Below are positions 19,201-28,144 of a DNA stretch of 64,000 nt, one piece after another. The first letter of the stretch is position 1. The number at the start of each line of letters is the position of its first letter. The notes under the pieces are model-generated. The model saw nothing but the letters and a program-made list of their open reading frames with translations. It ran no database searches and was not told the DNA's origin. The position numbers and the translations under genes were made by a program. Source of the stretch: Escherichia phage MIZ4; sequence record OR167180; one strand, given 5' to 3'.

Positions 19201-19214
19201 TGTATCACCTATGA

Positions 19215-19236
19215 AAAAGCGGGATTTCTCCCGCTC
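19215..19236 (-). terminator. hairpin plus T-run immediately upstream of the nrdD RBS
   Basis: minus strand GCGGGAGAAATCCCGC TTTTTCA then AGGTGA RBS. Confidence 0.4.
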
Positions 19237-19244
19237 GTTGATAG

Positions 19245-19739
19245 TTATTTTACCAGTTCTGCTAATTCTTTTTCCGCCGCTTCCAGTTCAGCTTTAAGCT
19301 GTTTAATCTCTTGTCGCTTCTTATTAGCGGCTTCCTGCTTACTATTTCGGATAACCTGATCTAGATACAACTCCCAATCCTGAATATTTTTGATAATGTA
19401 TCCGTCAACATTAATTGGTCGGAGATTCAGTACAGCTTCCAGTTTAGTCGCAAAAACTTTAATTGCTGGTGTGAAGTATTCATATTCGTTATCTTCAAAC
19501 CAATAACCTAGACTTGCATTATCAATACGAAGACGAAGTTTAAGATCAAGGTCTTTATCGTCGGTGTAAAGATCTTTCACCTGCCCCATCGAGCTAACAA
19601 CAACTTTAAAACGAATTTTATCTACACCGCCAAAAACATCTTCAAGAATATCAGCAATTGAGCTATTAGCGCAAGATTGGTCGCTGAATGCGTCAAGGTT
19701 TTCTTTAGTTACAGTATACCAAACATCTTGTACCCACAT
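19245..19739 (-). CDS. hypothetical protein with C-terminal coiled coil
   Basis: 164-aa ORF downstream of cassette 19770-19797. Confidence 0.4.
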   Translation of the reverse strand: MWVQDVWYTVTKENLDAFSDQSCANSSIADILEDVFGGVDKIRFKVVVSSMGQVKDLYTDDKDLDLKLRLRIDNASLGYWFEDNEYEYFTPAIKVFATKLEAVLNLRPINVDGYIIKNIQDWELYLDQVIRNSKQEAANKKRQEIKQLKAELEAAEKELAELVK

Positions 19740-19769
19740 AATATAATCCTCTCGTTGTTAAGTGGGAGT

Positions 19770-19797
19770 ATTATAGCATACTCCCTTCGCATGTCAA
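19770..19797 (-). promoter_or_regulatory. early promoter cassette, TTGACA-16-TATAAT, palindrome GGGAGTAT..ATACTCCC spanning the -10
   Basis: minus strand TTGACA TGCGAAGGGAGTATGC TATAAT ACTCCC. Confidence 0.55.
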
Positions 19798-20972
19798 GCA
19801 CTAACTTTTTTCTTTACTGCTTTCACCTTCTGGCGAATTGCTCGAATCTCTTCGATCTCTTTTTCAGTATCTTTAACAATTTCTTTGCGATTCTGAATAT
19901 CTTTATCGAGATTATCATCAAGTTTAGGCAGCATGTCAATCAAGAACTTTTTAAGGTCTTTCAGGTTGCGAATAACAGTACCTTCACCCATTACCGCCAC
20001 GCCTACACCATCCGGCAGATCACCAAACAGTTTAACCAGTTCAGACAGATGATCATGATCTTCTAGTGCTTCTTCCGGTTCAGATGGCAGTTCAACAAAG
20101 TAATAACGTTCATCATTGCTGATCAGGTGATACCAGCAAAGCCCAAAAGATTTAGGAGTATATTCTACACCACCAACTTCAACTGCGTCAACACTTCCAT
20201 AATCATCTACTTTAGTTACCTTAAATCCTTGTCCCAGCTTTTGAACAATTTCAACAACATGACTTGATACAGTTTCAGCGGTAAACCAATATGGCAAATT
20301 ATGCTGATTTGGCTTGTAGCGTTCACCTACTTTAAATCTCTGACCAGCCGCTTGCATAGAATGAAATTGTTGTTTCGTGATTTCCGCGAAGTATTCAAAT
20401 TCGCCACCATCAAACACACAAGCCCATTGATCACAAAAACGATCTGCCTTAACAGTTTCACCTTTCGCGGTGATCATGGTAGCTGATCCGTGCAATTCTT
20501 CTTCAACTAAAAAGCCATATTCGACAAAATCAACAAGTTTCATAGCTTCTTTGTGATCTGGATCATGCTCTCCCCAGAATCGCTTAAATTCTTGCAAACC
20601 TTCTGGGGTAAACGAATAACATTTACCTTTTTCAAAGTAAGTCGGCATTGCATCCTCTTTCTTGTTCATCGCTTCGTATGCCTCTTTTGAGATGCGTTTA
20701 AAGTATTTACGCTCATTGTGCATAATCATAGTAGCCCAATAATCAACAATATCATTAGCGGAATAAACTACATCTCCAGCTTCAATAGTAATAACATGAC
20801 CGTGGTCATCTTTTTCTAATACTTTAAAGCCCTTTTCTACGATTTCAGCAACTCGAATATGACCACGGCGCGAAGCATCGGTCAGAATAATTGAATAGCG
20901 AGAAAAGTCTAGAAACTCATCTTTACCGCCTTCACGGAATGCATAGTAATGACCTTCAAAGAATTTAGCCAT
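19794..20972 (-). CDS. member of paralogous repeat-domain family (3 tandem modules)
   Basis: three modules each with F.xG.xY...F ... GFxVxxxD..G ... ERKYFKRI / EFEYFAEI / ERYYFVEL; C-terminal coiled coil. Confidence 0.5.
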   Translation of the reverse strand: MAKFFEGHYYAFREGGKDEFLDFSRYSIILTDASRRGHIRVAEIVEKGFKVLEKDDHGHVITIEAGDVVYSANDIVDYWATMIMHNERKYFKRISKEAYEAMNKKEDAMPTYFEKGKCYSFTPEGLQEFKRFWGEHDPDHKEAMKLVDFVEYGFLVEEELHGSATMITAKGETVKADRFCDQWACVFDGGEFEYFAEITKQQFHSMQAAGQRFKVGERYKPNQHNLPYWFTAETVSSHVVEIVQKLGQGFKVTKVDDYGSVDAVEVGGVEYTPKSFGLCWYHLISNDERYYFVELPSEPEEALEDHDHLSELVKLFGDLPDGVGVAVMGEGTVIRNLKDLKKFLIDMLPKLDDNLDKDIQNRKEIVKDTEKEIEEIRAIRQKVKAVKKKVSA

Positions 20973-21003
20973 AATATAATCCTCTCGTTGTTTAGATGGG
21001 AGT

Positions 21004-21032
21004 ATCTTACTACTCCCGTTTCATCATGTCAA
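21004..21032 (-). promoter_or_regulatory. early promoter cassette, TTGACA-17-TAAGAT
   Basis: minus strand TTGACA TGATGAAACGGGAGTAG TAAGAT ACTCCC. Confidence 0.5.
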
Positions 21033-21035
21033 GCG

Positions 21036-21596
21036 TTAAAGTGACTTTTTAATCTCTTTCAGTTCTTCCACTTTCTCGGCGCTGAATTTAGCGTAGGTAT
21101 CATGTCGAATAATTTCACTTTCAAGAAAGGTTTCCAGTCGAGATCTATTTTCAATAAGGAACTCTTTCAGGTCTTCCGCGTTCTTGACAAAGATTTTATT
21201 GTCGGTAATGTCATCTTCAATCGCAAAGGAGATAGAGCGAACTTTACCAAACAAGTTAATCAGATCTTCCAGAGATTCTTCTTTCTTAACTGGTTTCATT
21301 TCTTCAAACTGCTTTTTAGTGATGCGTTTAAAGTATTTGCGCTCGTTTGCAGCAATCAGAACAGATGCACCTTCATACCCATGAGTTTCTACCAGATACA
21401 CACGCCCCATCGCATCAACAGTGAGAACTTTAAAGCCGTTACAAAGCACGTCATACAAGAACTTATTATGTTGCGGACATCGTTTGATAAATTCTGCGGC
21501 TGTTTCTGCACTACGGAAAGTGTAATAACGACCTCGTTCAAAAACAGCATCATTTGAAGACTTAGCCGGATACAATTTATACATTTTCTGTACCAT
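21036..21596 (-). CDS. member of paralogous repeat-domain family
   Basis: FERGRYYTFRSAETAAEF, GFKVLTVDAMGRV, NERKYFKRITKK. Confidence 0.45.
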   Translation of the reverse strand: MVQKMYKLYPAKSSNDAVFERGRYYTFRSAETAAEFIKRCPQHNKFLYDVLCNGFKVLTVDAMGRVYLVETHGYEGASVLIAANERKYFKRITKKQFEEMKPVKKEESLEDLINLFGKVRSISFAIEDDITDNKIFVKNAEDLKEFLIENRSRLETFLESEIIRHDTYAKFSAEKVEELKEIKKSL

Positions 21597-21610
21597 AATA
21601 TAATCCTCTA

Positions 21611-21883
21611 TCATTTCACTAATTGAACAGCACGAAACAGAATGCGGTCACACGGAAGCAGCATAAATTCCCAACGCGGATCAAAGTCTTTAGCGGTGTA
21701 TGTTTTCCCATCAACAGAGATTTCACTTACATAACCAATAGGTGACACTTTAAGAACAGTAAATCCATTCTTGATTGCTTCGTAGGTATCTTTCAGACCT
21801 TCGTAGTCATCCTCTAGGAAGTCTTTACGTGCTTGCTCAGATTTAAAAACATAGGCCACACCAGCTTTAAACATCTTACGCAT
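21611..21883 (-). CDS. member of paralogous repeat-domain family (single short module)
   Basis: FKAGVAYVFKSEQARKDF, GFTVLKVSPIGYVSEISVDGKTYT. Confidence 0.4.
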   Translation of the reverse strand: MRKMFKAGVAYVFKSEQARKDFLEDDYEGLKDTYEAIKNGFTVLKVSPIGYVSEISVDGKTYTAKDFDPRWEFMLLPCDRILFRAVQLVK

Positions 21884-21914
21884 TGTTGATTCTCCTTCTT
21901 GATTAGATGGGAGT

Positions 21915-21943
21915 ATTTTACTACTCCCGTTTCATGTTGTCAA
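21915..21943 (-). promoter_or_regulatory. early promoter cassette, TTGACA-17-TAAAAT
   Basis: minus strand TTGACA ACATGAAACGGGAGTAG TAAAAT ACTCCC. Confidence 0.55.
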
Positions 21944-21946
21944 CTC

Positions 21947-22420
21947 CTATCTTAATCTTTGTATGAATTGTTTCTTATACTTCTTCGTGATTTCTTCTCG
22001 TGTATCAGCGTCGCAGTATTCGAAACCTTCTGCGTCCATAATATCAACCATCTCCGCGCGTGTCAAGCGTGAAAATCGTTTTACTTTATCAACAGCATAT
22101 TGAGGATGTAAATGATTGTTGGTGTAGTCTCCTTTGATGTAATTAACATAGTTTGTAGCCCAAACAACGAAATCAGCACCTAAAGCACCAACACCAAACC
22201 GTTTAAAGTCTCCGGTCAACGATCCTTCTAGGCGGTTGCAACACGAATGAAGCAATCCCCTTACGCGGCCTTGCCCTTTCCCATCTAGATCATGATCATG
22301 GTCAAGATGGTTTTTGCTCATATCCTCAAAAAGTGGCAATTGACAAAGGGGGCAAATGCCCCCCTGTTTTTCGAATAGTTCTTGTTTGTACTCTTTAGCA
22401 CTCTTAGCAGTCAGTAACAT
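21947..22420 (-). CDS. 49: recombination endonuclease VII (gp49)
   Basis: C.LCQ, HLDHDHDL.G, RGLL..CN, ADFVVW match T4 endo VII; start at MLLTAK as in T4. Confidence 0.8.
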   Translation of the reverse strand: MLLTAKSAKEYKQELFEKQGGICPLCQLPLFEDMSKNHLDHDHDLDGKGQGRVRGLLHSCCNRLEGSLTGDFKRFGVGALGADFVVWATNYVNYIKGDYTNNHLHPQYAVDKVKRFSRLTRAEMVDIMDAEGFEYCDADTREEITKKYKKQFIQRLR

Positions 22421-22444
22421 AAATTCACCCTCCAAAGAAGGTAT

Positions 22445-22726
22445 TTAACCATTAATCTTGTTTTTGACTACAAAGGATCTGAACTCATCAAAACCACCTA
22501 TATAATCACCATTATAGAAAATCTGCGGCATGGTGGCAATAACTTCTACCCCTGCGCGATCCTGAATGTCGGCAATGATAGAATCAATCTTTACCGGACG
22601 ACCGTTTTCGTCCACACCATCATTAACCGGAATGTAGATGTAAGGGATCTTACGCGATTCACAAAGGCGCTTTGCATTCTGGCAATACTTACAGTTGTAA
22701 CCTTCAAAACCAAAAATTTCTACCAT
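22445..22726 (-). CDS. nrdC: glutaredoxin/thioredoxin NrdC-like
   Basis: CKYC active site, MPQIFYNGDYIGGF. Confidence 0.7.
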   Translation of the reverse strand: MVEIFGFEGYNCKYCQNAKRLCESRKIPYIYIPVNDGVDENGRPVKIDSIIADIQDRAGVEVIATMPQIFYNGDYIGGFDEFRSFVVKNKING

Positions 22727-22734
22727 GTTATACC

Positions 22735-23547
22735 TCAATCTACGTTAGTTACATAAACTTCTTGCGTATCAGAAGACTTACCACCTGAACGATCTAGGCA
22801 ATAGGTCTTATTCAACAAGACGCAGTTTAAATCATTCCGCTTGATAAAGTCAAGAAGATGATCATTTACCTTTCCCTTATGATGTGTGACATTACTGATA
22901 CCAAACTGAAAACCACGCGCCATAATAGATTCTACCCACTGATAGAATTTAATCTCTTCTTCTTCACTCCAGAACTTATTATATTCTGCCGATGTGATCC
23001 AATATGGCGGGTCCAAATAAACGAAATCACCTGGCAAGATCTCGATCTCGTCATAGCGACCAGACGTAAAACTGATTCGACCGTCTTTGTTTTCTTCCTT
23101 AAAATTCAGGACACGCTCTACCGCGTTTTCGTTAAAAGTCCGGCGACCAAAATTAGCATTAAATTCTCCCTTCCTGTTATGGCGGTTAATGTTGCTAAAA
23201 CTGTGCTGAATCAGAACAAACAGAGATAGCGGATCTGGATTCTCATTATACTTCTTACGGAATGCCATGTAAGCGTCTTTATCTTCGCGAGACAAACCAT
23301 TTTCGGCAATAATACGCTTGATCGTAGAAACCGGATCAGGACACTCGTCAATCGCTTTGTACGCGTCAATTAAGCGGTGATCATAGTCATTAGCCAGCAC
23401 ATCCCCTTCTACGTACAGAGACACGCTCAAGCCACCACAAAAGGCATCGACAAAGCGGTTATAGTGCTTAGGGAAATACTTACTAACACCAGGCAATAAC
23501 TTTTCCTTATTGCCCGTATAGGGAATTAAACCTAATGCTTTCTTCAT
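22735..23547 (-). CDS. dam: DNA adenine methyltransferase Dam
   Basis: YTGNK, NRFVD.FCGGLSV, catalytic DPPY (FVYLDPPYWI), YNKFWSEE match T4 Dam. Confidence 0.85.
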   Translation of the reverse strand: MKKALGLIPYTGNKEKLLPGVSKYFPKHYNRFVDAFCGGLSVSLYVEGDVLANDYDHRLIDAYKAIDECPDPVSTIKRIIAENGLSREDKDAYMAFRKKYNENPDPLSLFVLIQHSFSNINRHNRKGEFNANFGRRTFNENAVERVLNFKEENKDGRISFTSGRYDEIEILPGDFVYLDPPYWITSAEYNKFWSEEEEIKFYQWVESIMARGFQFGISNVTHHKGKVNDHLLDFIKRNDLNCVLLNKTYCLDRSGGKSSDTQEVYVTNVD

Positions 23548-23978
23548 TATCCCTTCCTCAAATAAGTTCGCTCAATCTCTACCAGTTCGAAAAATTCATC
23601 CCAATCACACGGAAAGTTGCAGTTTCCAAAATGGTCTTCGTTATAGAGTTCTTTACCGGATGGCAGCTTAATATCTGTTACAGTATACCAACCGCAACAA
23701 TCGCAATCACCCTCAGCAACAGAAACCTTCGTAGGAATTTGCATCATTGCCAGATAGGTCGGTACGTCAGACTGCTCAAAGATCATGTAACCTTCATGGT
23801 CAAACGAGACAAAATTGTCATCACCCAAAAAAGGAATGTAATGGTCATAATCGGTTACAGGTTGACCGTGCAATTCCCATTCTACAATTTTAACATTACC
23901 ACTAAACTTTATACCCATCATATCAACCATAAAATGGGTATCATCAATGTAAATCTTACTAGGAGTTGGATAAACCAT
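23547..23978 (-). CDS. hypothetical protein
   Basis: 143-aa ORF. Confidence 0.35.
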   Translation of the reverse strand: MVYPTPSKIYIDDTHFMVDMMGIKFSGNVKIVEWELHGQPVTDYDHYIPFLGDDNFVSFDHEGYMIFEQSDVPTYLAMMQIPTKVSVAEGDCDCCGWYTVTDIKLPSGKELYNEDHFGNCNFPCDWDEFFELVEIERTYLRKG

Positions 23979-23988
23979 TATATAATCC

Positions 23989-24285
23989 TCATATCTCAGA
24001 GAATAGAATCTCTGTTAGCTTCACTGACTGCTCTCTGAATGTTAGCGTATACTCGAAAGGAAAGTCAACACCTAATTTCAGAAGAGAATAGCCTACCGCC
24101 TCTTTATGCTTATCGGTTAGGGCGATCCTAACCAATTCCCGTTGAATCTCTTTAGGAGGTGAATGGATAGTAACACGGGTATCATGCAATGTCCAGTCAC
24201 CATTACGAATCAAGATTAACGGTTTATCGTCATTGAAGATCACCGACCCCTTTCCGGTCGGTGAGTGTTTTATACTAATCATCAA
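23989..24285 (-). CDS. hypothetical protein
   Basis: 98-aa ORF. Confidence 0.3.
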   Translation of the reverse strand: MMISIKHSPTGKGSVIFNDDKPLILIRNGDWTLHDTRVTIHSPPKEIQRELVRIALTDKHKEAVGYSLLKLGVDFPFEYTLTFREQSVKLTEILFSEI

Positions 24286-24496
24286 ATTCTAAGAAATATT
24301 CTGGAACGATATAACCGTTAAAGTCATTACACTTATAAAAATGTGGTGCATTTAATGCTGGATGAGCATTAGTAAAGAGTTTACCCTCTAGAAACAGAAT
24401 GTAATTAATAGGTCTAATACCTACAGAATCAGGGTCTAAACCTTTTTCTTTCAGTTCAGCCAGCGTTAAAACTCGTCCAGATCGTAACTTAGCCAT
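24275..24496 (-). CDS. hypothetical protein
   Basis: 73-aa ORF. Confidence 0.3.
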   Translation of the reverse strand: MAKLRSGRVLTLAELKEKGLDPDSVGIRPINYILFLEGKLFTNAHPALNAPHFYKCNDFNGYIVPEYFLEFDD

Positions 24497-24782
24497 GATT
24501 TACCCCTAATTCATCAAGATTATGTCGCAGCATTTCAGAGTATTTTTCTACTTCCTTGATCTTAGTGTGGATCTCCACGATCTCATCTTCACTATCAGAT
24601 AGTTTAATGGCAATCGCGAGCGTGCTTTTACCAGCCTTGATCGCTTCTTTCAGTTCAACCAACATGTCCGCGTGTTTCAATAGCAATTCTTCACGTCGAA
24701 CATAAGCGACGGTCAAAGCCTCATCAGCGATTTCTAAAGCATTTTCAGCGACACCAACAACCATTTTACGAGTAGACAGCAT
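24489..24782 (-). CDS. hypothetical protein
   Basis: 97-aa ORF. Confidence 0.3.
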   Translation of the reverse strand: MLSTRKMVVGVAENALEIADEALTVAYVRREELLLKHADMLVELKEAIKAGKSTLAIAIKLSDSEDEIVEIHTKIKEVEKYSEMLRHNLDELGVNHG

Positions 24783-24796
24783 AAATTCACCTCACA

Positions 24797-25105
24797 TTAT
24801 TTCACATTAACGCCGTTATCAATCCAGCCGACGCTATTTGGTTTAACAGTTTTACCATAGGATGCATACTTAATCAAGCATGGTTTAACATAATTATCAA
24901 ATCTTCCTAAACGTACTCCCAAATCAGGAATATCCATGTATGCGGCTTTATATCCCCATGTGCCATATTCAGAATCAATCTCAACCGGACGGCCTTTAAA
25001 AGCATAAACTACACCGTGACGGTCAACGATAACATAACAATAACCAGCCGGAAGATACACAGTTTCGCCGTAAACTTTAACTGGAGTAGCAGAAGAGATA
25101 AACAT
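24797..25105 (-). CDS. hypothetical protein
   Basis: start set at MFISSAT after cassette 25140-25168; the ORF-track extension runs through the promoter. Confidence 0.35.
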   Translation of the reverse strand: MFISSATPVKVYGETVYLPAGYCYVIVDRHGVVYAFKGRPVEIDSEYGTWGYKAAYMDIPDLGVRLGRFDNYVKPCLIKYASYGKTVKPNSVGWIDNGVNVK

Positions 25106-25139
25106 AATATAATCCTCACATCGTTCATTTGATGCGGTC

Positions 25140-25168
25140 ATTATATGATAACCGCATTTTCATGTCAA
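25140..25168 (-). promoter_or_regulatory. early promoter, TTGACA-17-TATAAT
   Basis: minus strand TTGACA TGAAAATGCGGTTATCA TATAAT. Confidence 0.5.
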
Positions 25169-25174
25169 CAGTTT

Positions 25175-25549
25175 TTAAAAATCTTCTTCCGGTTTATATC
25201 GACCGTCATCGACTGGTTTTGGACTGAATCCTTTATGTGTGCGCGGCTTCGCTTCCGGTTTACCAGCAATCATCAAACCAAAACATTTCAGCCCTTTATA
25301 ACACATAACAATATTAACCACGGTCCAAGTTATAGGCCATATAATAGAACAAATGGCATATGCTCCAATATCGACCTCTTTGGTGTCCTTGTCGAATCTG
25401 GCGTACAAGCAAATTATAAGATAGGTGATCATTGCACCAGTAGGCCAAATATAAAGCACATTAACAATATCTTGTGTTGTCACGTTATCCTCCTTACATG
25501 TCTTGCAGTGCATAAAAGCATTTTTCTTCGTAGTCATAGAAAATGTCAA
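25175..25549 (-). CDS. hypothetical membrane protein
   Basis: 124-aa ORF with hydrophobic segments. Confidence 0.35.
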   Translation of the reverse strand: MTFSMTTKKNAFMHCKTCKEDNVTTQDIVNVLYIWPTGAMITYLIICLYARFDKDTKEVDIGAYAICSIIWPITWTVVNIVMCYKGLKCFGLMIAGKPEAKPRTHKGFSPKPVDDGRYKPEEDF

Positions 25550-25772
25550 AGTATGCTTTTTCTACATACTCACCATTGATCCAAGCGGCAGTAACAATCA
25601 GAGTGGTCCAGTTAGATCCGCTCTCAACGGTAAAGGTTTTAATACCCAGCTTAACAGCCAAGTCACGAGCAAACTGGTCGCAACCACGGCAGGAAGTGAT
25701 ATTGGAAGTTTTGATTTTAAAGCCACCGCGAGTTTTAGAAATTTCTACTTTAGCGAAAGACAGGTTGCTCAT
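25494..25772 (-). CDS. hypothetical protein
   Basis: 92-aa ORF starting at the cassette RBS. Confidence 0.35.
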   Translation of the reverse strand: MSNLSFAKVEISKTRGGFKIKTSNITSCRGCDQFARDLAVKLGIKTFTVESGSNWTTLIVTAAWINGEYVEKAYFDIFYDYEEKCFYALQDM

Positions 25773-25815
25773 TTTTGATTCTCCTTAAGAAAGTATGTTT
25801 CGTTTTGATGTGTGT

Positions 25816-25844
25816 AGTATAGGGGATACGTGATCCCCTGTCAA
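25816..25844 (-). promoter_or_regulatory. early promoter cassette, TTGACA-17-TATACT, spacer palindrome GGGGATCACGTATCCCC
   Basis: minus strand TTGACA GGGGATCACGTATCCCC TATACT then conserved leader CATCAAAACGAAAC. Confidence 0.55.
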
Positions 25845-25851
25845 CAACTTT

Positions 25852-26115
25852 TTATGATTTTAGTGAATTAACTAATACATCAAAATGATGTACAGAGCAC
25901 ACCTTATTAAACACATATTCATCATGTTTAGGAATAGCGCCTAACCGCTTTATTTCGCTCGTTGACACGATAAACCGTTTATCCGGTGCATTTACCTTAT
26001 ATGCTTCAACAACGCACGGGAAACGCGTTTCAGAGAGTTCTGGATAGTTTTCTGAATCCATCAGGACAATGAATACCCTGTTACATTGATTGTAGAATCC
26101 TGTTTTTGATTTCAT
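25852..26115 (-). CDS. hypothetical protein (start uncertain)
   Basis: ORF overlaps the next ORF by about 100 nt in the track; an internal start is more plausible. Confidence 0.25.
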   Translation of the reverse strand: MKSKTGFYNQCNRVFIVLMDSENYPELSETRFPCVVEAYKVNAPDKRFIVSTSEIKRLGAIPKHDEYVFNKVCSVHHFDVLVNSLKS

Positions 26116-26422
26116 CAAGTTTTCTTCTCTGTACAATTCGTGCAATCTTCCTTTCATGATTTCGTTGGTTCTTGTCTTCACAGTTTACCCACTCAACAAG
26201 ATCTTTACCTAACTCGAAAGCCCATTCTCGGTCTTGCTTTACATTTTGTAGGTATGGACTTTCCGACACTCGACGAAGTGATCTTGTCGTAACAAGAATG
26301 ATCCCAGGAATGTTCGGATGTTCCTTTCCATATACAATAGGACGCGAGTCACTATCAATACCCTGTAAGAAGGTGTATCCTGAATCACTTAGGATCATAT
26401 ACATTTTCATTTCATCCATCAC
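26081..26422 (-). CDS. small paralog family B member
   Basis: GYTFLQGI..PIVYG resembles the downstream paralogs. Confidence 0.35.
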   Translation of the reverse strand: MMDEMKMYMILSDSGYTFLQGIDSDSRPIVYGKEHPNIPGIILVTTRSLRRVSESPYLQNVKQDREWAFELGKDLVEWVNCEDKNQRNHERKIARIVQRRKLDEIKNRILQSM

Positions 26423-26676
26423 AGTTTCCTCAACCAGTTATTAAAGCGAGTAAACCATGATGCTTTTCGTGCTTCTTTTACTTTATATGCACGCAAACCA
26501 CTGAAACACCATTCATAATCATCACTGAAACATGATTCAACAGGAACACCCGCATTTCGTAGTTCTCTGGTCTTTATCATAAATCCTTGACATAAGGGGC
26601 GACCTTCAACAATGATAGGAAGTTTAACTTTTTCCATGAAAGTATACCCAGCACGGTCAATAATTTCAATCTTCAT
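26419..26676 (-). CDS. small paralog family B member
   Basis: MKIEIIDRAGYTFMEKVKLPIIVEGRP. Confidence 0.4.
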   Translation of the reverse strand: MKIEIIDRAGYTFMEKVKLPIIVEGRPLCQGFMIKTRELRNAGVPVESCFSDDYEWCFSGLRAYKVKEARKASWFTRFNNWLRKL

Positions 26677-26694
26677 AATATAATCCTCAATTGA

Positions 26695-26898
26695 TTACAC
26701 TTCCCAGGCTTCTTTGCTAAGAAAACACCATTTATACTCAGGAGAATAACCTTTAATCGGTACTCCAGCTTTTTGTAATTCCTGCGTTTCAACAACATAA
26801 TCATGCCCATACGGTCGGCCTTCCACGATGATAGGAAGTTTAACACCTTTCATGAAAGAATATCCACCATCGTCAAAAATTTCAATTTTAATTTTCAT
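26695..26898 (-). CDS. small paralog family B member
   Basis: MKIKIEIFDDGGYSFMKGVKLPIIVEGRP. Confidence 0.4.
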   Translation of the reverse strand: MKIKIEIFDDGGYSFMKGVKLPIIVEGRPYGHDYVVETQELQKAGVPIKGYSPEYKWCFLSKEAWEV

Positions 26899-27143
26899 TT
26901 TACATTATCTCCATAGATCTTTCCATCAATATCAATTTCACCAGCGCGAACATCTAGGATAAGATGCGGTAGGTGTATGCAATTTTCCCAACCAATGCGC
27001 TTCATTTCTTCTACGGTAACGTAAGCCCACCCGTTCGCTGTAATAAAGTCTACTTCAACCTTGAGAGGAAAGCAAGACTTTTCTATGTTTTCAAATCCGA
27101 TAATGTGTTTTGTCGTTGAATATGGAATATATCCGGTGATCAT
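26895..27143 (-). CDS. hypothetical protein
   Basis: 82-aa ORF. Confidence 0.3.
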   Translation of the reverse strand: MITGYIPYSTTKHIIGFENIEKSCFPLKVEVDFITANGWAYVTVEEMKRIGWENCIHLPHLILDVRAGEIDIDGKIYGDNVK

Positions 27144-27601
27144 TTTGTGATCTCCTTATACTCAACACACCATAAGCGGGTAGCCCATGATAAACGCTCA
27201 TAACGCTGGCAGAAATCGGACCATAGATATTGTTTACCGTCTTGCATAGTTGAAATATGCGTTTTCTCGCCTACTTTCACGAAAGAAGTATTCGATTTTG
27301 TGATCTCGACCGGAGTATATCCGAAAGCGGGTTCCAAGTCAACATCTAAACTAAATGCCAATTTAACAGAATTTGTTTTTCTGACCGCTGTCCGGTTTCC
27401 TTCTGGGTATAGCACAGCAGGTTTAGCGCCTAAGCGGATAAACTCAGTATTTTTAATGAACAGAATATCATGATCACCGTCATATTCCGACACTTCCATA
27501 GTAACAGGAAAATCGATATGTGCTAAACCTGGTAGATCTCGCATATCATGAAATGTAGCCATCAACTTTTTCATCCTGTATTCCTCACTCTTCTGTTTCA
27601 T
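27140..27601 (-). CDS. hypothetical protein
   Basis: 153-aa ORF. Confidence 0.35.
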   Translation of the reverse strand: MKQKSEEYRMKKLMATFHDMRDLPGLAHIDFPVTMEVSEYDGDHDILFIKNTEFIRLGAKPAVLYPEGNRTAVRKTNSVKLAFSLDVDLEPAFGYTPVEITKSNTSFVKVGEKTHISTMQDGKQYLWSDFCQRYERLSWATRLWCVEYKEITK

Positions 27602-27821
27602 TTCTTTTATATGGTACTATAACAGGATTAATACAGCAAGCACCAATTACGTTATGAGCACCACAATTTAAGCATTTATAATCATGGAACTTATTAAGGA
27701 ATCGCCCGAACTCATAACCGACTAACGCCGCGTGTACTTGAGTCTCGATCTCATCCATATCAGCCAATGTTTTAACCTTCATAATATAATCCTCAAATAC
27801 TGGTTTTGCGAAGATGGTCAT
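27585..27821 (-). CDS. hypothetical protein, possible zinc ribbon
   Basis: CLNCGAHNVIGACC. Confidence 0.3.
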   Translation of the reverse strand: MTIFAKPVFEDYIMKVKTLADMDEIETQVHAALVGYEFGRFLNKFHDYKCLNCGAHNVIGACCINPVIVPYKRNETEE

Positions 27822-28083
27822 TACATGATTTTAATGCATCAGTCGAGGTGTCATAGCGAGTATTATCATAGCACCAATAACCATCTGTCAACTGATAAAT
27901 TAATCCATCCTTTTTAGCGTCGATGAAAGACAATTCTTTGAAAGTTTCTACTTTCTTTGCTGATACTCCACGGTCACGGCGTTTATAGAGTTTAGCTAAA
28001 ACGCGTTCAGCTTGTTCCTCTTTATCGCCAGACAGATCCCAGATGACGTTTCTGATATGCTTGATTAATTGTTCAGTGGTCAT
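27793..28083 (-). CDS. hypothetical protein
   Basis: 96-aa ORF starting at the cassette RBS. Confidence 0.35.
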   Translation of the reverse strand: MTTEQLIKHIRNVIWDLSGDKEEQAERVLAKLYKRRDRGVSAKKVETFKELSFIDAKKDGLIYQLTDGYWCYDNTRYDTSTDALKSCNDHLRKTSI

Positions 28084-28113
28084 ATTTGATTCTCCTTAGT
28101 TGGTATGGTTATC

Positions 28114-28141
28114 ATTATACGGGGATTTCTCCCCGTGTCAA
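28114..28141 (-). promoter_or_regulatory. early promoter cassette, TTGACA-16-TATAAT, spacer palindrome CGGGGAGAAATCCCCG
   Basis: minus strand TTGACA CGGGGAGAAATCCCCG TATAAT. Confidence 0.6.
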
Positions 28142-28144
28142 CAA

